Assembly: GCF_009914755.1 (NCBI RefSeq) | Contig: NC_060939.1 | DNA from: the human T2T-CHM13v2.0 reference genome, Homo sapiens | Reading direction: 5' to 3' (one strand) | Length of the DNA: 64,000 nucleotides | In this document: positions 44,523 to 57,667 of the stretch, piece after piece | Layout: every line of letters starts with the position of its first letter | Numbering within the stretch: position 1 is the first letter of the stretch | Program-made: the position numbers and the translations under genes | Notes under the pieces: model-generated | What the model was told of the DNA's origin: nothing | Seen by the model: the letters and a program-made list of their open reading frames with translations, nothing else | Databases searched by the model: none

Positions 44523-46289
44523 TTAGAATCTTCCAGTGCATTCACACTGAAAGCCGAAGTCCTCCCAGAATCTTGTGAGAACCTAAATGATCTGAATAGT
44601 TTGTCATTGCTTTTGGGGATCTGGGAAAATCTCTGCACATTTCTGGAGACCGCTGTTATGCCATTTTTAATAAATCTGTTCTGCTTCAATTCAGAAGTGT
44701 GTGAGGGGAGTTGTGGAGGAATTGGCATTTGGGTTAGAAATTATAGGAACAACAGAGACAGATGACACCTGTTTTCTGCTTCATAATGTCAAGTTTTATG
44801 AAAGCTAAAACCTAATTCTACAAAAAAATTAGACTGAAAAACTTTATAGGCAAAAATTATCTTATTAAATAGGAAAATCTAATTATTTTATTTTAAAATT
44901 TTCTTTTCCTTAGTAGGACCTAATCATAGAAATTTAAACACTGTATGCCAACAGCCTCTACTGTAGGATGGTTTATTGTAAGTACTCATTTTACAGATTT
45001 CTTACAAAAACTTTTTCCGTAAGGGAAATTAGAATATTGTTCAACATATATTGAATTCACAATTATTACCTTATTTCTCACTTATTATTTTATGATTCTG
45101 TTTTCTTTAATATGAAGATTACTATGACTGTGTTTTCACTTTCTGAATTATCATGTGTCACATTTTTCTGTAATTTCAGTTTGAGAAGTTGTAAAACAGC
45201 ATGCCCAAATGTATATGTTATGTATCAATTATATAATTAATTATTAAAATATTTGGCTTGTATGTTTAATTGACTCTAGGCACAATGTTACTATTAACAT
45301 TTTCTTCCAGTTTTCCCAACTTTTATTTGACTAATAGTACAATTTATTTCCAGTTTTTATTTTATCTGTCAATGTTTTATACTGTATTTACAATATTTAT
45401 ATTGTCACCATATGTAAAAATGTAAGACCTTTCTATTAAAGGCTAGATTACAGCCTTACCCTTTTGTGTAAGGAAAGCAGCAATGCATCAGTAGCATAAT
45501 TTAAAACTTTCTCTAGTATTACTTAAATTTTTATTTCTTAAAACTTTCTCATCACATCTCTTTCTAATAATTATAATATGGTTTCTTTGAAATGTTGTTG
45601 CCCTAATTGTATCCAAATAATTCAAAATTTATACTTTTTACGGATTCAAAGGAAGAGTTGAAAATTGTAGTTACCTAGGATTCTTTTTCAGTTGGACACT
45701 ATGTTTATTCAGGATTTTATAGATCAAAGTTTCTCTTAATTATGTTTTAGAATTTATGTTTCTGTATTTTTTAGAGTAGGCTGTCTCACAGCAGTTAATT
45801 GTGTTTTTACTTTCTACCTATTTATTATGATTTTGAATTACATTATTCAAGTAAGAATTCGGGGAAGGTTTCTTTTAAGTTTGTTTTGCAATTTTGCATT
45901 TCTGTGTTTCATGTTTTAGGGTAGGGCACCTTACATCAGTTTATTGTTTTTAGTTTGAATTTATATAATATAATTTTCTATGACAATATTCAAATCTGTA
46001 CACCTTAAGACAGTGTGAGGCAAAAAATATGAACCATCCCTATGGTCTTTTGTTAATATAATGATTTAATTGTTTGTTTGCTTGTATAAATATTGCCCCT
46101 ATTTTGTTTATGACTTGTGCATTTTCTTCTTGTTTGATGGCCAATAATTGATTCTGTCTAAGTGAGTAATCATGGAAATTGTCTTAATTTCAACATCTAT
46201 TGTTTATATTATCCTAGTGTGAAAGAAAGACTTATGCGATTTGAAGATAATTTTTCAAAAACTTTGTAACTCTCTCTCTTCGGGTGTCT

Positions 46290-46584
46290 TTACTTATTTA
46301 TTTATTTTTTGACAGACTCTCACCCTGTCGCCAAAGTGCAGTGGCACAATCTTGGCTCACTGCAACCTCCACCTCCCAGGTTAAAGCAATTCTCCAGCTG
46401 CTGCCTCTTGAGTAGCTGGCATTAAAAGTGTGCACCACCACGCCTGGTTAATTTTTGTGTTTTTCATAGAGCTGGGGTTTCACCATGTTGGCCAGGCTGG
46501 TCTTGAACTCATGGCCTCAAGTAATCTGCATGCCTCAGCCTCCCAGAGTGCTGAGATTACAGGCATGAGCCATCTCTCTTGGCC
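46290..46584 (-). mobile_element. Alu (S/J)
   Basis: Full dimer with (ttta)n tail. Confidence 0.85.
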
Positions 46585-46589
46585 ATTGG

Positions 46590-47510
46590 GTGTCATTTTT
46601 AATTTCGATTGTGGTAAAAATACATAACATAAAATTTAGAATCTTTAACATTTTTTCTTATACAGTTCAGTCATGTTAATGTATTTACATTGCTTTGCAA
46701 CATATTTGAAAACTTTTTTCTTTTGCAAAACTGAAACTCAGTACACATGAAATGACAACTACCCATTTTCCTTACCACCTGGCTCATGATAAAAATCATT
46801 CTATTTTCTGGTTCTAAGTTTCAATACTTTAGATATTACATATAAGTAGAATCATAGAGTATCTGTTTTATTGTGACTAATTTTACTTAGCATCATGTTC
46901 TCAAGATTTCTCTTTATTGTGGATGCTACAAGATTTTCTGCCTTTAAAAGCTGAGTAATATTCCATTACTTTTGTATTACAAATTATATTTATTTATTCA
47001 TTCTATGAGGAAAGTTTGTGTTGCTTTCACCTATTGGCCTTTGTGAATAATGCTGCAACGAATATGGGTATGCAAATAACTATTTGCTCATATGTGCGAG
47101 GTTTACGTCTGTGCTACCTTCTGTTTTATTGGAAAAATTGTCTGTCTTTATGCTAGAAACAAACTGTTTTCATTGCTGTTGCTTTGTAATGTGCTTTGAA
47201 ATCAGAAAAGTTGAGGCCGCTAACATTGTTTTTTTTTTAAACATTTTTGGGCTCTTTATGGTCGCTTGACATTCCACATAATTTGTTGGTTCCTTTTTCT
47301 ATTTCAAAAAAATTGCTAATTTAAAAGGGATTGCATTGAATCTGTAACTCGCTTTAGGCATCATGAGCATTCTTCATAATATCAAGTCTTACAACCCTTA
47401 AACATGAGCATGCTCAAAAGTGAGTTGTTTAATTTCCATATATATGTTGCTATTTTTGTTTTCTTCTGTTATTCATTTCTAGTTTTATTCCATTTTGATC
47501 AGAAATAATA
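46590..47510 (-). mobile_element. L1MB-type 3' fragments
   Basis: attgtggtaaaaatacataacataaaattt...tgtgaataatgctgc...gggattgcattgaatctgta. Confidence 0.75.
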
Positions 47511-47514
47511 GTCA

Positions 47515-50500
47515 CTGAAAGGCTAAACCACTCTGGGAAGTGACCCCCATTATAGAACATTACAAAGATATGTGAGGGCACCACTTCTGCCCTGATGGGC
47601 TAAAGGGATGTGTTCTCTGAGATGACACATTGCACACAAATGCAGGGAACAGTATAACCCCCTTTTCGTGTAAACTCTTCCCTATTTTTCTAGAGTATTA
47701 ATGCTAGTGGTGGCTTTGAAGTCTTGGGGAAGGTCTGGCAGTGCCGTGAAGCTGCCTGCTACAGGTGATACCAGGGGGAATAATTAAAACCATACCAACT
47801 GTAGTAACATGAATAAATACAGCCTAGTGTAAAGTAAAAACAACACAAAGGTCTTCTCTGATATTTCTACAAGAATGTAAAAAGGGACTTTACACTTAAC
47901 CAAGTTGCCTTTGGGACTAGTTAAGGCTAGATTTTTGGGAGGCAGATCTTTGGGTCACTCATGGAAATCCCCTAAGAGAAAGCGCAGAGAAATTCCATAT
48001 TTGGGTCTGGATCCTGGGCCCATCCTGGTTTTGTCAGACCCCTGTCTGTAGAGATCCCCATGTGCCTGCTCTCACCATAACTCACTGTATGCCATGCTTA
48101 GGGGTGTGGTGAACCTGCCAGTTGTCCAAGGAGTTGGGGGACTTGAACCCATCAAATACCTGCTCAATGATTTTAATGAAACTCTACAAAGAGTGTTCCC
48201 AGCAGCGAAGCAGAAAAAAAAAAAGAAAAAAGAAAAAAAATTAATTATCTCCTTTGTTTTTACCACCAGGTAACATCTCCATTAGAAATTCTGTTTCCTA
48301 GATCAGGAACATAGGAGTATCTGCATAGACCCCCAGCCAATGAGGAAACCCGAGGACAGCTTAAGGCCTTGGGATTCACATCTGAGTAGACACACTTGGT
48401 CCACAATGCTCAACTTTTTATTCCACCAGCCATGACCTGGGTATGAACATGACATACCCGCCAGGGTTCCAATGCCTTACAGCCTGCCCCTGTGAGAAAG
48501 AGCCCCCTCCTTTCCTGCTCCCCCTGCAACACATGGTAATGGTAGACAGGGTCGGATTGCCCAGATTAGATGACACGGGTGGCCTGGCATGGACGGACCT
48601 GACCTAGGCTTCACTGTGTTACCTGTGTTTGCCTCTTGTTGAATGGCCAGTGGTATCAAGGATGTAGGCTGAGCCAATATGTATATGGTCAGAAAAGGCT
48701 CTCACTTTGAACCTTTCTCAGGCAACAGCTTAGGAATATAGCACACAATGAGAACACAGTGCTCTCTCAAGCATCTCCCATGAAATTAGCTAGATAGAGG
48801 GCTGTCTCTAGAATGTGGGTTTCTGGTTCCAAAGTTCTAAATTCTGTTAGGTTCTGTCACAAGGGAAGTCTGTTAACTTCTTCAAGGTTTTATCCCCTGA
48901 GCCCTTTTCCTCCATAAATCTATGCAAAGTCCCTGCTGGGCTGCTGATTGCTCACCCTCCTCTCCCATGTCAACTCTTTTCCTGTAAACAGTTATGCAAA
49001 CACAATTATGCCTCTTACTCCCCATAAAGATCTAAATACAGCCAGGGCCCCAGGTTTGAGAGAAGAGAGTTGGATTAAAATCTTCTTTTCCTTTTCATTT
49101 CTGTGACCATATGAAAATGACTGTGCGCTTCAGTTCTCCCCAGCCCTGAAGTATGCATAATGGGATTAGGCTAGCATCAACTTCCAGAAAGAGTCATTGG
49201 CGATATATGAGATAGAATGAATCAAAATCAGTGGGATGTAGTTGCTCTTGCTTGTAATCTTAGCAGATTGGTAGACCAAGACGGGTGGAACACTTAAGGC
49301 CAGGGGTTTGAAACCAGCCATGGCCAGCATGGCAAAAACCCTTCTCCACTGAAAATGCAAAAATTAGCCAGATGTGTTGATGCTTGCCTGTAATCCCAGC
49401 CACTCAGGAGGCTGAGGTGTAAGAATCACCTGAGCCAAGGAAGCAGAGATTACATTGAGCCTTGATCATGTCTCTGCACTCCAGCCTGGGTGACAGAGCG
49501 AGACTGTGTCTCAAAAAAAATATATACTATGTATATATAATTTATATTTATATATTATATATAATATATAAACTTATACATATACACCTTTATGTATAAA
49601 AGATATATATTTCATATATCTGTATACATAAAAGATATATATTTTATATATATGGCCTTATTTTTCCATTCTACAGCAGAAGAGGTTGAAATCAAAAGAA
49701 AATCAGATACTGTATTCTGGCATTAAATATTCCAGTGCTGTGCATTATATTTGGAATCACATGTATATGCCTCATCTCAGCCTATTTGGTGGGCGCCCCC
49801 AACAAAGTCTCACAACAACACTAAGTTGTGAGTGACTCTGTTATTTTAAAACGCAGCTCACCTCTCAGTGCCTCAGAAGCCGGTACTATAACACCGGGTT
49901 TCCAACAAAGGCATTGGATTCCAGCTGAAGCCTCTTTCCCTGTGCTTACTTAAAGGTAGTAATATTCTCAGAAAGGTTTAAGAGGTGGCTTCTTGTTTAG
50001 CAGGGAATTGCTGAAAGGAAAAATGTATGGAAAGTCACTGGGCATGAACAGCCATCTTTTCTTGCTACACACAGGTCATGTGCAAATTTGGGGACAGTTA
50101 GTACAAAACATGTGATGGAAATTTGGGCTCTGACATCAGTGAGCTTATTTCACACAGACTCCAGTTGACCATATTGGTTCCGACCAATTTTAGCCACTTT
50201 TTAGAAGTCTCATAAGTGGAATAAATTTCATGCTTTCAACAAGTTCTATCTTTTCTTATCTGTCATTCTGCAAACTGAAGAATTTCTGCTAGTCATTGGT
50301 TGAACTCTTTGGGGACCTGGTTCTAGTTTCTGTCAAAGAGAAAACAACAAATGTGATAGGTTATCACTTCTGACTTAGTTCAGACTTCTATACCAAAAAA
50401 CATAGACTAGGCAACTTATAAACAAAAGACTTTAGTTCTGGAGGCTAGAAATTTGAGATTGGCTTCCAGCATGGTTGGGGTCTGGTAAGGACTCTCTTCT

Positions 50501-53500
50501 GAGTTTCAAACTCCAGACTTCAGGTTGTATTCTCATTTAGCAGAGAGAGGGACAGACAGCTTTCTGCGGTTTCTTTTACAAAGCCAGTAATCTCTATCAC
50601 GAGGGCCTCATGCTTAGGACTTAATTACCTCTGACCTGCTAAGGCCATTACACTGGGAATTAATGTTCTGGAATGTGAATATGGTGGGGAATCACATAGT
50701 CTACTGCAACTTCCAAAGTTATATTTCTAAAATAGCTATTATTTTCCTCCCTCTTGCTCTGTCCTGTGTTTCATCTCTCAATCTCTCTGTCTCCCTTTCT
50801 CTTTTTCTGTGCATATGTCTGTCTATCTCTTTCATTTTCCATCTCTCTATTGTATTCTTCAAGATGAGGAAGCGATCTCCAGTGTCCTAAGATGCTCTAG
50901 GCACAGACCCACATGATAGAGAACTGAGGAACTGCCCAGGCCAATCAACAGGAAGAAACTGGGGTTCTCAGTTCACATTGAATCTTGCCAATTTCCATGA
51001 GGCAGATTGGAGGCTGATCTCTCCCCAAATCCAGCTTCAGTTGAAATCACAGCCCCAGCCTCATAAGGGACCTTGAGGCAGAGGCACCCAACTAAGCTAT
51101 ATCGAGATTCTGGTTCACAAAAATTGTGAGATAGTATTTGTTGTCAAAATGTGCTAAAATTCAGGGCAATGTTGTCAGAGATGGGCAAATGACTAACCTC
51201 CTCTTTCAGACCCCAGGATACACCCTCCCCTCTTTTCCTTTCTTTCTCAGGCTGCCTACAGCCACACTTGTCCCTTTATAACCTCCTCTGCTAAACTGAC
51301 TTGTGCCTCTGAGTCTTTTCACAAAGAGTGGCTTTTCCCTGACACACTTTCCACACCTGCGCAGTTGTCATTCTGGTCACAACGTAATGTCAGCTCAGTG
51401 AGGTATTCATGTCCCCTGCAGGCAACCTCTCCCCAGCCCTCCCTCCAAACATTCTACTTTATTTCCATTATAAAATGCTCTTTTCTTTCGCATGTACTTG
51501 CTTTAGTGTTTTTGTCCTGCAGTCCTCGGGCTGTGGGCTCCCGCCGGGAGGCAGGGATAACATAATCGTTTTTGGTACCACATGGTGAACCTACCAAGGT
51601 AGCTGCCACAGGGTGAGTGCTAGGGGAAGAGCCGCTGAGTAAAATAACATGGAAAATCACAAAGTCCTTCCTGCTTTCGGTCACCCAATAATGTGGAGAT
51701 CAAGAATGATAACAGGAGCTGCAGGCCCTCAGCCTGTCTCTCCCCTGGCTCCAGCTACTCCAGTAAAGTCCAGCGGGCACAAGAAACACGTGGTCTGCCG
51801 CCACCTAGAGACCTCCACTAGCACTGAAGTCCCAGGTGGAAGCATCACAAAACAGGTACCTGCATTGGGGAATTCTCAAGGCAGTGGCTCTTCAGGGACC
51901 CCTGGGAAAAGGAGCAGTATCTGAAGGCTCCAAGGGCCATAAAAGTGACCTCGGAAGCCTCCCTTGATTCCTATTTTCCTCAGCCTCGTTGGGTGTGCTG
52001 TGCACTCATTAAACATTTTAACAGCATTCGGCGACATTATTTTCTTCCACTTCCGAATGAGGACCTCAAGGACAGCCCAAAAAACTAGTATTTTTTTCTG
52101 GGCCCCACACTCCAGAGCCCAGTGCATTGTCACATTCTGCTTTATTCCAAGTCCTCATCCGCCCAAGTCTCTAGGCCTCTCTCTTCTCTGAAGGACCTCT
52201 AGAAACTGAAAACCCTCTTCCCAGAGTCTCAAAGCATAGTGAGTTACCAATGAAAAGCCAAGAGCAGCAGACACCTATGAGTATCTAGAATCCTTGGTAT
52301 TATTCCTTCAGAGTACCCCTATTTATGAGGGAGAAAACAAAGGCTTTCTTTCCCGTAGCCTCTCTTTACATCACACGGGGTGGTGGGTGGAGGGCATAGC
52401 TCATTTTAGTTCCAGGTGCCCACAGAAGTGGGAGTCACAACCCCAGTCCTGTCCTCTTGAAACAGCTGGGAAGGTCCCCAGGCTTGGAAGAACCCAGGGA
52501 ACCTGGAGGATCCTTCATCGCATGCTGTCAGCTCCTGGTCATGTAGCTGGGGGAGTGGATGCCTCTGCCTCATGGCAAAGCTGCATCTACTGTTTCTTCC
52601 CCTTTTGTCACTTCTTTGGTTTCCTCTTCCCTAACCTCACTTTAGAATCTCCACTTTAGATCTCCACTTTAGAAGACTGTGTGTGTGTGTGTGTGTGTGA
52701 TGTGTTTGTGTGTGCATGCCTGCACACCTACGTGACAACATTGAAGAGTAGAAAGCCCAGGTAGAAAGTAGAGCACAGGGTTTTCCAGGACTCAGGGGCT
52801 CTCATTTCCAAAGCAAACCTGATGGGTGGGGTGCATGCAAGGCCTAGGAAGCTGGATCCCTCCCTAATACTCTGTGCTCTGCCCAATTTCTGGGATCTGG
52901 ACAAGTCTTTGCCTTTTTTGGGGGTCTCAGTCTTCCTGTTGTAAAAAGAAGAGTTGGCTACAAAACTGTATGAGCACATGCTCAGTGAAGACAGGGTGTC
53001 ATACTCAATACCACAGAGAATATTGGGATGGGGAAAGTTTGGGCAGACTTAGGTGTCCACGCGTGCTCAGGCCTCTGAACAGGGCCAATGCAGGCGAACA
53101 TAAAGCATGGCACAGCCAGGTTTTCTTTCCAGGGCTACAGGATGAAACAGTGCACCACAGAATCTGCTCTTGAGGTCGGTCCCGCAAGATTTTCCCACCT
53201 TCAACCAGCAACTGTTTGATGAATTTCATGTCCTGCGAAGCCCATATTCACCCCCATTACAGTGAGGGGCACAGGGCACTACACCTGTAAAATAATGTCT
53301 TTTTCCTTTTTTTCTTTTCTTTTCTTTTTTTTTTTAACTGAGAGGATGTTTCTTCTTTCTCTTTTTCTGTTTTGTTTGTTTTTTAACTAATTTTTAAGAG
53401 GTCTTCACAGGTCAGCTGTGGTAACTCGCACCTGTAATTTCAACACTTTGGGAGGATGAGGCAGGTGGATTATTTGAGGTCAGGAGTTCAAAACCAGCCT

Positions 53501-54010
53501 GGTGAACCTGGTGAAAATCCGTCTCTACTAAACTTACAAAAAAATTAGCGGGGAATGGTGGCCCAAGCCTGTAGCCCCAGCTACTCAGGAGGCTGAGACA
53601 GAAGAATTGCTGAAACTTGGGAGGCAGAGGTTGCAGTGAGCCGAGATTGCACGACTGCACTCCAGACTGGGTGACAGAGTGAGTCTCTGTAAAAAAAAAA
53701 AAAAAAAAGAGAGAGAGAGAGAGGGAGAGAGAGAGTGCTCTTCATGGAAACATGAGCCCCTTTGTAATTTCATGTGTTGAAAATATTTATTCCAATTTTG
53801 CAATTTCTTTTCTTATTGTGGTGTTCTCTTTAAGTTTGGTTTAGATGTTATTAATGTTTCTCCCCAAATTGATTTATTGATTTCCATTTTCACAATACAA
53901 TATTTTGGCAGAAATCTTGTGGAAACTGTCTAATCAGTTTAAAAATTTAAACACATATTAAAAAATCAAAGAACTGTAAAAACTGTCCTGAAGAATGACA
54001 AAGTTTGTGA
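47515..54010 (+). repeat. Ancient direct duplication, copy 2 (paralog at 3065-9620). Copy-specific Alus at about 49232-49520 and 53410-53735, (TG)n at about 52677-52715; shared MLT LTRs at about 50370-50705 and 50860-51197
   Basis: Colinear homology with copy 1; empty sites where copy 1 has insertions. Confidence 0.9.
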
Positions 54011-55380
54011 GCTTACAATGCCATATATTCAGACTTAGATTAAAGCTATAGTAATAAAAGCTATCTATGGTAGTAATGCAAAAATAGGCACAAAGAAAAC
54101 TAGAAAAACTCGAGAGTCCAACTCAGACTCACACATTTAGACATTTTGTATATTACAAAACAGGCACAGAAGAGCAGTGGAGAGAAGACAGCATCTCGGT
54201 AATTAGCCTTGGGTCATCTGGTTATTTATGTGAGAAAGAAATAAACCTATCTTATATTGTTAACAAATTTCGAGACAAGTGGATTTTAAATTTTAAGGTG
54301 AAAATTGAAAACAATATTTCTAGTAGATAACATAGATAAGTATGTCCATGACTTTGGCACAGGCCAAGATTTCTTGGGACACAAAATGCATAAATTATCA
54401 AGACAAAAATATGACAAATTGGACTTTATTAGAATTAAAACCTTCTCTTCATAAAAAAAAAATGCTTCAGGAGAGCTGAAAGGCAAGAACAAAGTGGAAA
54501 TCAACATTTGTCATATATTGATCTGGCAAAAGCTTTTTATCTAGATTATTAAGCTAAATCCCATCACTTAATAAACAAAGATGCATACATTGAACAAAAT
54601 TGGCAAAGATATGACTAGGAGTTCCACATACAGAACCGAAGGGCCAACAAGTAGATGAACATATCCACATTCTTATGCATCAGAACAATGCATATGAAAA
54701 CTACAATTGAATACCACTATGCAATCATTAACATTTTTGAAAACTGACAAAATTAAGTACTAGTGATGATGTCAAGCAACTGGAACTTTCTTATACCATT
54801 CTGTGTGCAAACTGTTATAACCACATTCAAAACCACTTGAGTAGTAACTCCTTACATACACGATGTACATAAGCACACTCTAGAACCCAGCAACTCTGCT
54901 AGTAGGTATATACACCCAATAGAATTGCCAGCATATTTTCCAATGTAGTAAAGTGCTCGAAGTAGCATTATTTGGTACTTTTCCAAACTGAAAAAAACTC
55001 AAATGTGCATCAATAATAAAATAAATAACTAAAACAGCTACATATTCCTTTATAAGGGGACATTATACAGATATAAAATTAATTGGAGACATATTAAAAT
55101 ATACAAAAATCTAACAAATACAATTTAATTAGATTTAAAAGTCCTATCCAGAGCAATCGGCCAATAAAAAAGAAAAAGGCATACAAATAGAAAAAGAAAT
55201 TGAATTCTCTTTCTCCATTTGCAATATGAGTCACTACGTAGAGAATGCTAAAGCCTCTCCAAAACTACTTTTGGGGAAAACTTGAAAAGCCTCCTGAAAC
55301 GGATAAGCAAGTAAAGTTTTAGGACACAAAACCAATGTACAAAAATCAGCAGCATTTCTATGCATCAACAACTTTGAATT
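54010..55380 (+). mobile_element. Degraded ancient L1M (ME/MC-like) 3' sequence
   Basis: tttattagaattaaaaccttctcttcat, gaacccagcaactctgctagtaggtatatacacccaatagaa. Confidence 0.65.
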
Positions 55381-56866
55381 CCTGAACATCTTCTGGTTTT
55401 ATTGCATTTTCAATTTTTTCCCTCCATTAACTATACATTTTTTCTTTTTTCAGCTAAACTAATTTATTCTTCTGTATAATTTCACCTTGTTAATAAACCC
55501 CAGGCCAAAAGGTGGGAATAAAGTATTTGTCTGCATCCTGTTTCCTCATTTTGAAAACTAGTCTAGATGAAACCTATACTTGTTCTAGGGAGTTGGCATA
55601 GACAGCATTTATTTCCATTCTCTGCAGGGATGCCAGCCAGAAAGAGGGAGTTCCGCATTTTCACTTTGGTTAGACAGGACTCTGGATGGTTGTAGGGGAA
55701 AAGATCCAAACTCTAAGGGAGTCAAATCAGACATTGCAAAGATTTATACATTTACTCTGGGAGCAATTATTGTGTTAAATTTTGTGCAAAACACTGCGCA
55801 AAGAGCAATTAAAGTGAAAATTATTAAGGCATTACCTTTACCTTGGGAAACTCACACTAGTCAGATTCTCCGAACCCCAGAACATAACAACAACCTAGTA
55901 AAATCTTGTTCAGAGTGAAGAGAGGGTGGGAGCAGGAAGGTAAGGTTAAAAATTAGGCTGGGTGAATGAGATAATTACCCCTAGTCAAGCAGTGGAAGTA
56001 TGGATGGCTTTGGGATGGGTGAAGACAAAAGAATCTCAGCAGAGGGTGCAGATAAAAAAAGGCAGAAACACAGGAGGCTTATGCAGGAAGAGGAATGAGT
56101 TTGCTGGACTGGGGAGAGTGACAGTAAAAAGCAGAGGATAATAGGCATCTCTGGTCATCTAGGGACTATAGGGTGGATTAGTTGGGGGTTACAGAATCAG
56201 TGAGGTACTTTTTAACAGTAGGATGGGTAAATAAGAGCTATAATTTGGAATAATTATGTAGCAATGGTGGTTAGGAGCAATAGAAACTCAAAGTATTACA
56301 TAAATATGTTTTTTTCTTATTCTCCCACACAAGCCTTTCACCTTCCCTCTTAAACTGAGAACGGAGTGGTTTGCTATGATGTTTTTAAATTCTCACAGGC
56401 AAGCATTACTCTGTGCTGCCTTTTAATAAAGGCTAATTTTAACCAAATTAAAGAAGATTGAATGGATTTTCTTGCTCATAATGGTTGAGTACAACATCTC
56501 TTACCTTCTACTAGTTTTCAGTATAACTGAAGTAACAGAATGTCAATACTCCATGGAGGGGTGCTCCGCTTGCTAAGGCTCCCTCCTCTGGGCTAGGCCT
56601 TCTACACCATGGCTGTCCTGCTGTGGCTGGAGCTGGAATTTGGATTGACCTCTGTGTGTCTTCCTAGCACACAACAGGTGTCCAATTAGCATGGGCAGAA
56701 TCAAGCTCCTCCCTCTCACCATTTATTTCTCCATTTGTCCCTTGATGGGAATGGAGAGTCCTGCCACTGAGTTCAGCCCAGGGTTGAAGTTCAAATCTCA
56801 GCTGATACTTGGTGGATGTTGACTTTTTTGAGAAGAACTTGGGAGAATAAAACATTATAAAGGCGC

Positions 56867-57163
56867 TGGCCAGGCACGGTGTCTCATGCCTGTATTCCTG
56901 GCATATTGATTGGCTGAGGAGATAGAATTGCTTGAGGCCAGGAATTTGATACCAGCCTTGTCAACATAGTGAGACCCCATTTATACAAAAAACTTGAAGC
57001 ATTAAAAAAATTTAGCCAGGTGTGATAGTTCCAAACTTGTCTCAGCTATGCTGGACATTGAGGCAGAGGATCACTTGAGCCAGGAGTTCTAGGCTACAGG
57101 GAGCTATGATCGTGCTGCTGAACTCCAACCAGGGCAACCACGCAAGATGTTTCAAAAATAAAA
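56867..57163 (+). mobile_element. AluJ
   Basis: ggccaggcacggtgtctcatgcctgta...gagctatgatcgtg. Confidence 0.85.
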
Positions 57164-57311
57164 TCTTTTATTATTCTTCACCCCTATAGTCTCTCCAGAA
57201 CTTGTGCACTATGTAGCAGAAAGAATCAAACTCCCCAAGAGTTTGGTTCTTGCTTATGATTTGGTTTTCTGCTGCTTGGCTGCCCCGTCATGTCCCCATT
57301 TTGTATAAATA

Positions 57312-57667
57312 AGAACCCCCAGGTGAAGTGGAGTTTCTCCCCAGCAGAGGGTCTCACCAAGGCCCCAGGACTGGCACTTTAGGTGGAGGCTTGCCTTTCA
57401 ACCTCTGAATAATAATTGATACTAAAATTGAGAAGTTTTCCAGACACCAGCTTCCTGAAAGGAGCACTCAGTCGAGACAAGATGAGGTCAGTAGCGAAGG
57501 TGACTCAGGCTGAGTGGGCCGTACATTCCTCTACTTTTCCCAAACTTCCCTCTGACATCCTCCAAACTTTCTGTCTTCCCAGGACTTTCTTGCCAGGGGT
57601 CTAATGAAGTAAAAGCTTTAAAATTGCTTTGATTTTAAAAATAATTTTATTGGTTCTTAAAATGTAC
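57312..57667 (+). repeat. Inverted duplication, left arm (may extend further left)
   Basis: Reverse complement of 63574-64000, apart from a 68-bp indel and scattered substitutions. Confidence 0.95.

Noticed and set aside
51840-52200. Faint resemblance of minus-strand peptides (HWAL, PTRLRKIGI, EASEVTF, YCSFSQGSL) to a B30.2/SPRY domain
   Set aside because: Needs several frame switches and is not reproduced consistently in copy 1; cannot be supported without an HMM search.
52638-52675. Three tandem cactttaga(a)tctc-like units
   Set aside because: Short slippage repeat without spacers; not CRISPR-like.
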